From positions 310,001-374,000 of the forward strand of contig NIVC01000469.1 in NCBI GenBank assembly GCA_002269645.1: DNA of 64,000 bases. The letters are read 5' to 3'. This DNA is from Macrostomum lignano (lineage: Eukaryota). Made by a program: the position numbers and the translations under genes. A model generated the notes under the pieces. It was not told the DNA's origin, did not search any database, and saw only the letters and a list, made by a program, of their open reading frames with translations. Shown one piece after another: positions 39,101-52,430 of the stretch. How positions within the stretch are numbered: position 1 is the first letter of the stretch; every line of letters starts with the position of its first letter.

Positions 39101-42100
39101 TTCATGCTCATATTCAAGGTCATATTCATGCTCATACTCATGGTCATATTCATGCTCATACTCAAGGTCATATCATGCTCATACTCATGGTCATATTAAT
39201 GCTCATATTCAAGGTCATATTTATGCTCATACTCATGGTTATATTCATGCTCATATTCAAGGTCATATTCATGCTCATACTCATGGTCATATTCATGCTC
39301 ATACTCAAGGTCATATTCATGCTCATACTCATGGTCATATTCATGCTCATACTCATGGTCATATTCATGCTCATACTCATGGTCATATTCATGCTCATAC
39401 TCAAGGTCATATCATGCTCATACTCATGGTCATATTCATGCTCATATTCAAGGTCATATTCATGCTCATACTCATGGTCATATTCATGCTCATACTCAAG
39501 GTCATATTCATGCTCATACTCATGGTCATATTCATGCTCATACTCATGGTCATTTTCATGCTCATACTCATGGTCATATTCATGCTCATACTCAAGGTCA
39601 TATCATGCTCATACTCATGGTCATATTCATGCTCATACTCATGGTCATATTCATGCTCATACTCATGGTCATATTCATGCTCATACTCATGGTCATATCA
39701 TGCTCATACTCATGGTCATATTCATGCTCATATTCAAGGTCATATTTATGCTCATACTCATGGTTATATTCATGCTCATACTCATGGTCATATTCATGTT
39801 CATACTCATGGTCATATTCATGCTCATATTCAAGGTCATATTCATGCTCATACTCATGGTCATATTCATGCTCATACTCAAGGTCATATTCATGCTCATA
39901 CTCATGGTCATATTCATGCTCATACTCATGGTCATATTCATGCTCATACTCAAGGTCATATTCATGCTCATACTCATGGTCATATTCATGTTCATACTCA
40001 TGGTCATATTCATGCTCATACTCATGGTCATATTAATGCTCATACTCATGCTCATACTCATGGTCGCATTAATGCTCAAACACAACAACTCCAGGCCGTG
40101 AGGAGTCGCACAAGTTCGACGAGATGTCGCCCGAGGAGTCCAAGGAGAAGCTGACGGCCCTGATTGGAAAAATCGACACCAACAACGATACGAAGGTGTC
40201 GCCAGAGGAGATGCAGGCCTGGCTGGCCGCCGTGGCAAAGGGCGAAAGGACCCGCGCCGCTGAGAGCCGCTTCCACAACCTGAAGGCAACCGTCAATGCC
40301 AAGGACTTGGACTCTCCGCTAACACTGTAAATGCACTTTTTCTGACTGTTTTGTTTCAATAAACTTTCCTCTTAATTCCTCTTGGTTTAAACCAAACTGG
40401 ACCGCATCAAATTGTCTCAACTCACAACTGGACCGCATCAAAGTGTCTCAACTCACAACTGGACCGCATCAAAGTGTCCCAAATCGGAATTGGACTGCAT
40501 CAAAGTGTCCCAAACCTCAACTCTACCGCATCAAAGTGTCCCAAACCTCAACTCTACCGCATCAAAGTATCCCAAACCTCAACTCTACCGCATCAAAGTG
40601 TCCCAAATCAGAACTGGACCGCATCAAAGTGTCCCAAATCAGAACTGGACCGCATCAATGTGTCCCAAATCAGAACTGGACCGCATCAAAGTATCCCAAA
40701 CCTCAACTCTACCGCATCAAAGTGTCCCAAACCTCAACTCTACCGCATCAAAGTGTCCCAAACCTCAACTCTACCGCATCAAAGTGTCCCAAACCTCAAC
40801 TCTACCGCATCAAAGTGTCCCAAATCAGAACTGGACCGCATTAAAGTGTCCCACATCATAACCAGACATAGTTTTGTTCCTTTTTACCTCAAGCAATCTA
40901 CCAATCATAAACTGTCCCACAGAGAGGAGTACAAGCAGGCCATCCACCATGAGATCATTGGCGACGAGCCGACAGACAAGAGCGCCCAGGAGACCTACAA
41001 CACTCAGATGGTGCGCGACCAGGCCCGCTGGCTCAAGGCCGACGCTGACGGCGACAAGCTGCTCAACAAGACTGAGTTCGCTGACTTCCTCCACCCGGAG
41101 GAGGCGCCCAGCATGAAGGACATCGTCATTCAGGAGACCATGATGAACACTGACAAGAATAAGGACGGCAAGATCGACCTGAACGAGTTCATGAAGGACC
41201 TGCACCCGGAGTACGAGAACGACGTCAAGAACAAGAAAAAGCTTCCGGACTGGGTGGAAGCCGAGGAGAAACAGTTCAAGGTGATCTAAGTGCTGTATCT
41301 TCAAGTCTCAGCACTCTCTCTACAAGTCTCAGCACTCTCTCTCTCAGCACTCTCTCTACAAGTCTCAGCACTCTCTCTACAAATAGCACTCTGTCTGAGC
41401 ACTCTCTCTACAAATCTGAGCACTCTCTCTACAAATCTGAGCACTCTCTCTACAAATCTGAGCACTCTCTCTACAAATCTCAGCACTCTCACCGCAAATC
41501 TCAGCACTCTCTCTACTCTCAGCACTCTCACCACAAATCTCAGCACTCTCACCACAAATCTCAGCACTCTCACCACAAATCTCAGTCAATTTTTTTCATT
41601 CAAATCTCTAATCAGCCCTTCTACTCTCCAATTCCGGACGCTCGTATTCCAACAAGATATCTTGGCTCACTCTTTACAACTCTCCTTCTTTCCCCATACA
41701 AATCTTAACTGTGCCACTCGCTTGAACTCTGAACTGCAGGAGAAGCTGGACATTAACAAGGACGGCTCCCTGGACCCCAACGAGGTCTACAAGTGGATCG
41801 TGCCGGACGACTTTGACCATTCGCATCGGGTGAGCGCATAGGGGACAGGTTGACCTCTCGATCTACACTGGCTTTTGTAGACTGCCTCCCCTGCCCTAGG
41901 TTCAATACTGTAGATGGACCTCGGTAGATTGACCAGTGTAGATGACCCCTGTGAGTGGAACCCTGTATATTGACCCCTCTGTAGGTTGACCCCTCTGGGT
42001 GGACCCCTGAATATTGACCCCTGTAAGTCCCAATCCCTGGCTGACAATCTGCCTCACTAGCATCAGCATTGAACCGCCCCTATCCAGGAGACCAAGCACC

Positions 42101-42228
42101 TGTTCAAGATCACGGACGAGAACAAGGACAATGCCCTCACAAAGGACGAAATCCTGAAGAAGTGGGAGACATTCGTGGGCCACCAGGCCACCAACTACGG
42201 CAACTTTGGCTCCCACGACGAGCTGTGA
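36171..42228 (+). CDS. CALU: Calumenin/reticulocalbin (CREC family) multi-EF-hand ER-luminal Ca2+-binding protein, 360 aa; exons 36171-36432, 40095-40326, 40923-41280, 41740-41829, 42088-42228
   Basis: Signal peptide; DHESFLG|REESHKFDEMSPEESKEKL; EF-hands DTNNDTKVS, DADGDKLLN, DKNKDGKID, DINKDGSLD, DENKDNALT; FLHPEE and QATNYG motifs; C-terminal HDEL. All junctions are GT-AG and in frame. CALU versus RCN orthology cannot be resolved by eye. Confidence 0.92.
36487..40075. repeat. 24-bp minisatellite (CATGGTCATATTCATGCTCATACT)n, about 150 copies, filling calumenin intron 1
   Basis: Direct reading; built on a (CATNNN)4 scaffold; explains the long spurious ORFs on both strands. Confidence 0.98.
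40395..40853. repeat. 31-bp minisatellite in calumenin intron 2
   Basis: CAAAGTGTCCCAAA recurs at 40501 and 40532, and onward. Confidence 0.94.
41300..41585. repeat. 21-bp minisatellite (CTCAGCACTCTCTCTACAAAT)n in calumenin intron 3
   Basis: Direct reading. Confidence 0.92.
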
Positions 42229-42869
42229 ATGGCTGAAGCTATTCGTCACAAAGCGGATTTAGTCCAGACCGAAAAGGGCATCGTGAACTATTTCTAGGCG
42301 CAATGTTGCCGGCATTTCCTTCTTAGCAAAAAAATTTCCCAAAAAAATTGTTTTAGTAAAATTTTAACTTTACCTATGCATGCTCTCACAGCCTCACAGT
42401 TACCCTACCCTATCTGCTACATTTTGAAATGATATCCGCTATCCTGTCTCCAGGTGATTTGCCTAATAATACAGTGTATGCACTGTCTAGTCAGCCCAAT
42501 AGAAAAACTCTTGGCTGAAAAGCAAATTTAGATTTTTGCTTCAATTATCCCTTTTTAGGATTTTTGTCAGGATTCTCCGTTATTGTAAAGGTTTTTTCGT
42601 TTAAAAGCACAATTTCACCAATAATTAATATTTTGTGGATGAACGATCATACATACCTATGCTTCATGCCTAGTATCCCAGAGGAAAATAAATTATAATC
42701 ATGACAACTGAGCTGACTTTGAGAATCAAATGCTGAAAAATGACTCAAAAAAAAGTTTTAATGTCTTTCTACTTTCGGCTATTAAAATGATACATATTTT
42801 AGGTGAGTAAGAAGTAGCATAGTAGGCGCTTTCTATGTAAAATTATTTACATACCAAATGATGTACATA

Positions 42870-43080
42870 TCAAGCAATTTAGATGTCAAATGAAGTACAT
42901 GTCAAATAGTGTACATGTCAAATGATGTGCATGTCAAATTATTTACATGTCAAATGATGTACAGTACATGTCAAATGATGTACAGTACATGTCAAATGAT
43001 GTACAGTACATGTCAAATGATGTACAGTACATGTCAAATGATGTACAGTGTATGTAAAATGATGTACATGTCAAATGATA
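42870..43080. repeat. 21-bp minisatellite (TACATGTCAAATGATGTACAG)n
   Basis: Direct reading. Confidence 0.9.
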
Positions 43081-43570
43081 TATTGTTGGACGTTAATCAA
43101 CCGAAGACTATAAGAACAGCGAATGCAATCACACTTTTGTCATCACTCCTTCCCTAAATTGAGGATGTAAAACATTGCATGTAGAGAGAACAAAAGAAAC
43201 CAGCAATCTAGATCGGTGCAGCAAAATAAAAATTCGGTTGTTGTTGTCTTCGAGTCTTCGTAGAACGCCGACGGCATAAATAAAAATTTAATTTTTATTG
43301 CCTAAACCTTCTGGCCGCATAAGTGTGGAGTTTAGAGTTCTTCGAGCTTGATTCGACGCGTTCATTACTACTTATCAGTAGGCTACTTCGGTTGCTGTAG
43401 ATAAAACTAGATTTGGCATACTGCTATAGTACGAGCCTATATTAAGATGCACTTCAGCAACTTCTGTGAAAAATTTTCGCTCAGGCATTCACTCACGTGA
43501 AGCTAGTTCATTCTCGTGTGTTCTATTAATAAAAGTCGTTTAAACTACTCATCATTCAGTAGCTTGAACA

Positions 43571-46567
43571 GACAGCGCCATCAAGGACAGAGCTCCCCAA
43601 AAGGACAAGCGCCATCAAGGACAGAGCTCCCCAAAAGGACAAGCGCCATCAAGGACAGAGCTCCACCCAAAGGACAAGCGCCATCAAGGACAGAGCTCCC
43701 CAAAAGGACAGCGCCATCAAGGACAGAGCTCCACCCAAAGGACAAGCGCCATCAAGGACAGAGCTCCACAAAGGACAAGCGCCATCAAGGACAGAGCTCC
43801 AAAAGGACAAGCGCCATCAAGGACAGAGCTCCACCCAAAGGACAAGCGCCATCAAGGACAGAGCTCCACCCAAAGGACAAGCGCCATCAAGGACAGAGCT
43901 CCACCCAAAGGACAGCGCCATCAAGGACAGAGCTCCACCCAAAGGACAGCGCCATCAAGGACAGAGCTCCACCCAAAGGACAGCGCCATCAAGGACAGAG
44001 CTCCACAAAGGACAGCGCCATCAAGGACAGAGCTCCACCCAAAGGAGAGCGCCATCAAGGACAGAGCTCCACCCAAAGGACAAGCGCCATCAAGGACAGA
44101 GCTCCACCCAAAGGACAAGCGCCATCAAGGACAGAGCTCCACCCAAAGGACAGCGCCATCAAGGACAGAGCTCCACCCAAAGGACAAGCGCCATCAAGGA
44201 CAGAGCTCCACCCAAAGGACAGCGCCATCAAGGACAGAGCTCCACAAAGGACAGAGCCATCAAGGACAGAGCTCCACCCAAGGACAGCGCCATCAAGGAC
44301 AGAGCTCCACCCAAAGGACAGCGCCATCAAGGACAGAGCTCCACCCAAAGGACAGCGCCATCAAGGACAGAGCTCCCAAAGGACCCCGCGCTCCAAAAAA
44401 GGCTCATGACAAGTCTCCACAAAAAGAGCGCCATCAAGGACAGAGCGCCACCCAAAGGACAAGGCGACAAACAGAGGAAGGAGACGCCTCAAAGGACAGA
44501 GGGCCAAGGTCAGAGGAAGGAACTGCCACCCAAAGGACAAGCGTTCCAATCATCTAGGACAGAGCTCCACCCAAAGACAAGCGCCATCAGGACAGAGCTA
44601 AGGACACTCCAAAAAGCGCCATCAAGGACAGAGCTCCACCCAAAAGCGCTCAAGCGCCATCCACCCAGGACAGTGACAAGGCAAGACAAGCTCCACCCAA
44701 AACAAGCGCCATCAAGTGCTTGCCCAATCAGGACAGGCCACAGAGCTCCACCCAAGGACAGCGCCAAGGGAAGGACAGACAGAGCTCCACCCAAAGGACA
44801 AGCGCCATCAAGGACAGAGCTCCACCCAAAGGACAGCGCCATCAAGGACAGAGCTCCACCCAAAGGACAGCGCCATCAAGGACAGAGCTCCACCCAAAGG
44901 ACAGCGCCATCAAGGACAGAGCTCCACCCAAAGGACAAGCGCCATCAAGGACAGAGCTCCACCCAAAGGACAGCGCCATCAAGGACAGAGCTCCACCCAA
45001 AGGACAGCGCCATCAAGGACAGAGCTCCACCCAAAGGACAGCGCCATCAAGGACAGAGCTCCACCCAAAGGACAGCGCCATCAAGGACAGAGCTCCACCC
45101 AAAGGACAGCGCCATCAAGGACAGAGCTCCACCCAAAGGACAAGCGCCATCAAGGACAGTGCTTCCCAAAAGGACAAGCGCCATCAAGGACAGAGCTCCA
45201 CCCAAAGGACAGCGCCATCAAGGACAGAGCTCCACCCAAAGGACAGCGCCATCAAGGACAGAGCTCCACCCAAAGGACAGCGCCATCAAGGACAGAGCTC
45301 CACCCAAAGGACAGCGCCATCAAGGACAGAGCTCCACCCAAAGGACAGCGCCATCAAGGACAGAGCTCCACCCAAAGGACAAGCGCCATCAAGGACAGTG
45401 CTTCCCAAAAGGACAAGCGCCATCAAGGACAGAGCTCCACCCAAGGGACAGCGCCATCAAGGACAGAGCTCCACCCAAAGGACAGCGCCATCAAGGACAG
45501 TGCTTCCCAAAAGGACAAGCGCCATCAAGGACAGAGCTCCACCCAAGGGACAGCGCCATCAAGGACAGAGCTCCACCCAAAGGACAGCGCCATCAAGGAC
45601 AGAGCTCCACCCAAAGGACAGCGCCATCAAGGACAGTGCTTCCCAAAAGGACAAGCGCCATCAAGGACAGAGCTCCACCCAAAGGACAAGCGCCATCAAG
45701 GACAGTGCTTCCCAAAAGGACAAGCGCCATCAAGGACAGAGCTCCACCCAAGGGACAGCGCCATCAAGGACAGAGCTCCACCCAAAGGACAGCGCCATCA
45801 AGGACAGAGCTCCACCCAAAGGACAAGCGCCATCAAGGACAGTGCTTCCCAAAGGACAGCGCCATCAAGGACAGAGCTCCACCCAAAGGACAGCGCCATC
45901 AAGGACAGAGCTCCACCCAAAGGACAGCGCCATCAAGGACAGAGCTCCACCCAAAGGACAAGCGCCATCAAGGACAGAGCTCCACCCAAAGGAGAGCGCC
46001 ATCAAGGACAGAGCTCCACCCAAAGGACAGCGCCATCAAGGACAGAGCTCCACCCAAAGGACAGCGCCATCAAGGACAGTGCTTCCCAAAAGGACAAGCG
46101 CCATCAAGGACAGAGCTCCACCCAAGGGACAGCGCCATCAAGGACAGAGCTCCACCCAAAGGACAGCGCCATCAAGGACAGAGCTCCACCCAAAGGACAA
46201 GCGCCATCAAGGACAGAGCTCCACCCAAAGGACAGAAGCAGCCCATCAAGGACAGAGCTCCACCCAAAGGACAAGCGCCATCAAGGACAGTGCTCCCAAA
46301 AGGACAAGCGCCATCAAGGACAGAGCTCCACCCAAGGGACAGCGCCATCAAGGACAGAGCTCCACCCAAAGGACAGCGCCATCAAGGACAGAGCTCCACC
46401 CAAAGGACAAGCGCCATCAAGGACAGAGCTCCACCCAAAGGAGAGCGCCATCAAGGACAGAGCTCCACCCAAAGGAGCGCCATCAAGGACAGAGCTCCAT
46501 CAAGGACAGTGCTTCCCAAAGGACTCCACCCAAAGGACAGCGCCATCAAGGACAGAGCTCCATCCAA
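43571..46567. repeat. About 3-kb 34/35-bp satellite (GCGCCATCAAGGACAGAGCTCCACCCAAAGGACA)n with an indel-rich block at ~44380-44790
   Basis: Direct reading. Confidence 0.97.
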
Positions 46568-47587
46568 AGGCCCCGGTGTGGCGCTCCAAAAAAGGCTTCA
46601 TGAATTCAACCCTGTCTCTTTGGTATATTTGTTCAAACAGAGCGCCTCTCTCTCACAGTCTAACAGCCAAACGCACCACGAAATTACAATGGCGACAAAA
46701 ACAGGGAGAGAAGTGAAACAGCCTCTTTCAAGCTGGAGTTCGGACATGAGGGCCCCCTAGGGTGCTAGAGAGAGTTGAGGAACTGCAGACTGAGTCCGCG
46801 ATGTGAGTAAGCGTTCTCTAATGGGAAACTATCTAGATATACATGAGGTCAGGCCCTGTATATGCAACTGACAATTGCCTGTGCTGGGCATGTCAGGGAA
46901 TCACACACTACTGGACAACTATATCGATGTAGATAGCTTGAAGAGGCTCACTTAAGTCTGACGAACTCACCCCTATAGCCCCAAGTCTCTGCTCTGTCGC
47001 CATCCATCCTTGAGTGACGTGAACAATTTGGCTTGAAGAAAGCTGTCCACTCAGCTCAGACTTAACAGGAGTCATCGATATTAATAGTAGCTATGCTGGC
47101 TCAATCAGCAGGTGGGCCACATTCTATTGAGTGGTGATAGGTGTGCGTTCCACCCGTTTCACAGGTCACTTGAGCATGCACAGGCGGAGACATGGACAGC
47201 TCTGCTTAGAATCGTAGAAACGTAGAAAACTACTGCATAGTTTTTGCTATATTAAGTTTTCGACCGGGTGAAATTTCGACCTTGTATGGTTTCGACACTT
47301 TCGACACTACGATTGTATGGTACGATTTTTACTGACTTGATTCTATACTGACTGCTTTTTAGCGAGCGCCTTTGTCTTGCTGGTTAGCATAGCTAAAAGC
47401 ATTTGTTTGCTACAAGAAATGCTTCAAAATGCTTCGATTTCTTAAGGGGCGGGTTCTGATATGGCAGGAAAAGAAGCTGACCCAAGTAGTTGATGAGGTT
47501 GCGACTCAGCATTAGCTGGGGTAATTGAGGGTGTGTGTGGCGACTCCCCAGTCCTTGACTGAACAGCCGTACGCAGCCTTCAGATGC

Positions 47588-47761
47588 GCGCGCAATGGCT
47601 GCGGCTGAGCTGTCGGTTGCACATCTGGCCCAATCGGGCGGATGTGCAAAGATAATGAGGCTTTGATAGATAGGCGCGCAATGGCTGCGGCTGAGCTGTC
47701 GGTTGTGACATCTGGCCAATCGGGGCGGATGTGCAAAGATAATGAGGCTTTGATAGATAGG
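47588..47761. repeat. Tandem duplication of about 86 bp
   Basis: GCGCGCAATGGCTGCGGCTGAGCTGTCGG at 47588 and 47674. Confidence 0.9.
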
Positions 47762-48477
47762 AGATAAACGTGGATAGCAGTCACGTGATGAAATTTGTAC
47801 ATTTTGTAAAATGTACATTAAATACAAGTGTGAGATAATTGCCTTTGTGTCTGGGTGACACTATGTATGCAATTATTTATGCTTTTAAAATTTAGTTCAT
47901 AGCTAAATTATCCAACTTACAAGTCAAAAGTTTTTTAATGTTCGTACAGAGCGGGAACCGAGCGTGGCGTCCGTGGTCCCTCTGCCTATCGAGTCTCGAT
48001 TACGCAATAATTCAGGACGTTCAGGTGTAAAAGAATGAATGAGTTTTGGAATGAGAGCGAGCTAGAAGTTGGCTCAAGTATATACATGCATTATTAGCTG
48101 GCTTTATACAAAGAGGTAAGATAATGTGAGAACAATAATACCTTTATAATATAAAGAAGATCCACCAAGCAATCGACGTCATAAAATCTAACTGACTGAC
48201 CAAAGAAATCATAACAAAGACCTGTCGAAAAAAGTTGTCTATTCTTTAAAAACTTCGACCTCACAGGAATGAAAATTTAAGAGGAAGGTGACAGAGGGTA
48301 TTGTGGGTCTTTGTTTTTCTTTGTGTCTCAACATCTTTTCTCCCAAAACTTTTTTGTCTTATGTGTTTATATATACGGACTCACGTTTCACAAATAAGAG
48401 CAGGACACTGGGGGAACGGCTTTTAGCCATGGGGCAAGAGTCCCCTGATCATATTTAAGTCCCTGAAGGCAAGACGA

Positions 48478-49735
48478 CAGCGCCAAATTAGCGCCGCATG
48501 CTAGATTCTAGCGCCAGAAATAAGCGTCGCAAGCTAGATTTTAGAGCCGAAAGCTAGATTTTAGAGCCGAAAGCTAGATTTTAGAGCCGAAAGCTAGATT
48601 TTAGAGCCGAAAGCAAGATTTTAGAGCCGAAAGCTAGATTTTAGAGCCGAAAGCTAGATTTTAGCGCCGCAAGCTAGATTTTAGCGCCAGAAATAAGCGT
48701 CACAAGCTAGATTTTAGCGCCAAACGCTAGATTTTAGCGCCACAAGCTAGATTTTAGCGCCAAACGCTAGATTTTAGCGCCGCAAGCTAGATTTTAGCGC
48801 CGGAAATAAGCGTCGCAAGCTAGATTTTAGAGCCGAAAGCTAGATTTTAGCGCCGCAAGCTAGATTTTAGCGCCAAAAGCTAGATTTTAGCGGCAGAAAT
48901 AAGCGTCACAAGCTAGATTTTAGCGCCAAAAGCTAGATTTTAGCGCCAGAAATAAGCGTCACAAGCTAGATTTTAGCGCCAAACGCTAGATTTTAGCGCC
49001 ACAAGCTAGATTTTAGCGCCAAACGCTAGATTTTAGCGCCGCAAGCTAGATTTTAGCGCCAGAAATAAGCGTCACAAGCTAGATTTTAGCGCCAAACGCT
49101 AGATTTTAGCGCCGCAAGCTAGATTTTAGCGCCAGAAATAAGCGTCGCAAGCTAGATTTTAGAGCCGAAAGCTAGATTTTAGCGCCGCAAGCTAGATTTT
49201 AGCGCCAGAAATAAGCGTCACAAGCTAGATTTTAGCGCCAAAAGCTAGATTTTAGCGCCAGAAATAAGCGTCACAAGCTAGATTTTAGCGCCAAACGCTA
49301 GATTTTAGCGCCACAAGCTAGATTTTAGCGCCAAACGCTAGATTTTAGCGCCGCAAGCTAGATTTTAGCGCCAGAAATAAGCGTCACAAGCTAGATTTTA
49401 GCGCCAAACGCTAGATTTTAGCGCCGCAAGCTAGATTTTAGCGCCAGAAATAAGCGTCGCAAGCTAGATTTTAGAGCCGAAAGCTAGATTTTAGCGCCGC
49501 AAGCTAGATTTTAGCGCCAGAAATAAGCGTCACAAGCTAGATTTTAGCGCCAAAAGCTAGATTTTAGCGCCAGAAATAAGCATCACATGCTAGATTTTAG
49601 CGCCAAAAGCTAGATTTTAGCGCCGCAAGCTAGATTTTAGCGCCACAAGCTAGATTTTAGCGCCACAAGCTAGATTTTAGCGCCGCAAGCTAGATTTTTG
49701 CTCCAGAAATAAGCGCCGCAAGCTAGATTTTAGCA
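48478..49735. repeat. 20-bp-based array (GCTAGATTTTAGCGCCGCAA)n with a longer variant unit (...CAGAAATAAGCGTCACAA)
   Basis: Direct reading. Confidence 0.96.
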
Positions 49736-50703
49736 AGATTAAGATTTTTGAGCTATTTTATTACACCGGAGAGGTTTGCATATCTTGCCGAGGGTCTTTG
49801 ACCACATTGTCGGCAAGCAATGCCCCCCCCCCTAGCTGCTGCCATGAGAAGCCATGTGGTCTCATCGCTATTAGATTTGGTACGTGGCCAGCTGTCTGTA
49901 TTTAGCTAGTATGCTCGTATATCTAAAAAAACAACTCGCAAGCTCGTGTATGCAAATTGAATTTTTCACTGCATGCGTTTCCACAATGCGTCCGGCCCAA
50001 CACAGTTTCCTATCGCTAAGGCTGAGACAGGTGCTGCTGCCAAGGCTGATTGGATGAAGCTGTTTTATGTGTATAAATTTGTGTCTTGGGTGAGCACCGG
50101 CCACCGGGCCCTCCAAGCCGCCAACCTAATCAGTTGGAGTTGCCTCGCTTCGCGGGGCCGGCAGCTGGCTTGGCTACCCGGCGGTGTGATGGAGAGGAGA
50201 GGAGGACTCGAGTAGCCACGCCAGAGCCAGGTGGCGCACTGTAAACCCAGATAGCCCAGACCGAGCCGCCCTCCATCTCCCTGCCTGCTCTGCCCCGGAG
50301 ATTAATTTTCTATAATTTCTTCAAACGTTTTTTTATAGCGAATTCGATAACAGATCCCGCGGAAGTATTTGAGCATGGTGATTTTGTGAGAAAGGATGTG
50401 GCCAAGAGAGAGAAAGACAAATTGATGGATAAGGATGACAAACTGTTAAATTGGAGAGGAGTTGAGGTTACTGAGAATCGAGAATAGAGAGGAGAGGAGA
50501 GCAGAAAATAGAAGAGAGGAGGGGAGAGAGGAGAGCGGAGAGGAGAGTAGACAATAGAGAAGTGGATGCAATGCACGGGCACTTCTGCAAAATCTTTTAA
50601 GAAATGAGGATTTGCCAACTGCATTCACCAAACAGATGCATAGTGCGGTCTGTCTGCCTACCTTCGGCAACACCATTTATTTTGCACTAAACCAAATTCT
50701 AAA

Positions 50704-51044
50704 ATGTTAAGGCTTACGGGGGGAATTGCTGAGATGTCAAGGCTTACGGGGGGAATTGCTGAGATATCAAGGCTTACGGGGAGAATTGCTGAGATGTCAA
50801 GGCTTACGGGGGGAATTGCTGAGTTATCAAGGCTTACGGGGGGAATTGCTGAGATATCAAGGCTTACTGGGGGAATTGCTGAGATGTCAAGGCTTACGGG
50901 GGGAATTGCTGAGTTATCAAGGCTTACGGGGGGAATTGCTGAGATGTCAAGGCTTACGGGGGGAATTGCTGAGTTATCAAGGCTTACGGGGAGAATTGCT
51001 GAGATGTCAAGGCTTACGGGGGGAATTGCTGAGATGTCAAGGCT
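50704..51044. repeat. 30-bp minisatellite (GTCAAGGCTTACGGGGGGAATTGCTGAGAT)n, about 11 copies, upstream of Hey
   Basis: Direct reading; a related two-unit copy lies at ~8025-8095. Confidence 0.96.
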
Positions 51045-51329
51045 ATAATACTACATGAAGTTTATTTAATAATTTTATTCCATTATTTGTTGGCTCCATA
51101 ACGGGGGTGGGCCGCTGATTGCAATTCCAATCCAAAGCTAACTCTGACTGCTCATTTGTACAGAGCATATCGGATGAAATTTCAACTGTGCTCAGAAAAA
51201 TATTTTGCTCATCGAGTCATCAGCAGGCCTGCTATCAAATCCTGTCTCAGCTCGTGGCTAAAAAAAGTCGTGGCTATATGAGACACAGAGAGAGTGTCTG
51301 CCATCAATTCATCAAGGACAGGCCGGCCG

Positions 51330-51800
51330 GCCGGCCGCGTGCCAGGAAAGAGGGGGGCGGGGGGGGGGGCACAGGCCCCCGACTTTACTTTTTAGATTGC
51401 CTGCCTGAAAAGCCATCGTATAATTCGATGAAGATTTGGCAAGGAGGAGGCCAGGGGGGTTGGCGCCCCCCTCCCCCAGCTCGCTCACGTGCCCGGGGGG
51501 AGGCTGGGCACGTGACCCGGCCGCCGGCTCGGCAAATTGGACTCGGGGAGCTGGGTGGCGGCGGCCCGCCCGAGCCAATGGGAGTTCAAGCCGAGGGGAG
51601 GACAGATCGCCTGCTCCATATTAAATCCCCAGCCGAGACTCCAGAGCCTCATCCTGAACGACGCTCCGACACACCCACCTGGCCGCGTGTCCTCCGCCTC
51701 CCAGCATCCGCAGCTTGAAGCAGCAGCAGCATAGAAATTTCCTTCATCAGTTTCCCTCCCCGCGACAGCTCAGAGAGAACAAAGACGCACGTGACCAGCC
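51330..51800 (+). promoter_or_regulatory. Putative Hey proximal promoter: GC-rich, CCAAT box ~51574, TATA-like ATATTAAA ~51618, three CACGTG and two CGCGTG sites
   Basis: CACGTG at 51486, 51509 and 51788; CGCGTG at 51336 and 51684; all within about 500 bp of the ATG at 51840. No TSS data. Confidence 0.55.
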
Positions 51801-51839
51801 TTCAATTGAGCTGCTGAAACCTTTGCTCCAGAAAGTGTG

Positions 51840-52430
51840 ATGAAGCTCCAGATGAAGCAGAGCGGAAGCTGCGACTCCAGCGAGTCGGACTCAGACGAAA
51901 TGGCCATGCAGTAAGTGCAGCTGCGGTGCAGTACTATCGATTTCTCCCTGCCGCTCAGTCTCACACTATATCTGGATATAATATGCAATATAGCTAAGGT
52001 TGCTGATAAATGCACACTCTGCCTCCCGCCCGCAGGTACCCCGGTCAGACAGTGAAGAGTGCGAACAGGAAGCGAAGGAGAGGCGTAAGTGTTTGTTTGT
52101 CTCTCAGCGTTTGCCTGAGTGCGTTAAACTGACTGTCCGTCTTACAGTGTCTGTATTAATGTCTGTATTAGTGTCTGTATTAGTGTCTGTATTAGTGTCT
52201 GTATTAGTGTCTGTATTAGTGTCTGTCTGTATTAGTGTCCAGTGGCGCAACCAGGGGGGGGGGGGGGGGCGGTCGCCCACCTTCTTAGGCGGAGACGGAG
52301 ACCCAAAAACAATCAAAGAGGGGAAGACCAAGCGAACAAAAACAGAGCACCCCTCCGCCCCCCCTCCGAGACTTTACCCTCCAAAATCCGCCCCCCCCCC
52401 TCAAAAAATTTCTGGTTGCACTACTGTTAG

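Noticed and set aside
36175-40154. Very long ORFs (998, 913 and 1204 aa) encoding (HTHGHIHA)n, (MVIFMLIL)n, (EHEYDHEY)n and similar
   Set aside because: Artefacts of a 24-bp repeat that lacks stops in five of six frames; it lies inside a canonical calumenin intron and switches frame freely.
43516-46760. ORFs of 297-784 aa (SRTELHPKD...)
   Set aside because: Translations of the 34/35-bp satellite; the unit length is not a multiple of 3 and all three plus frames are open.
46689-46810. ATG plus a downstream GTGAGT donor-like site after the satellite
   Set aside because: The ORF stops after 23 codons and no partner exon was identified.
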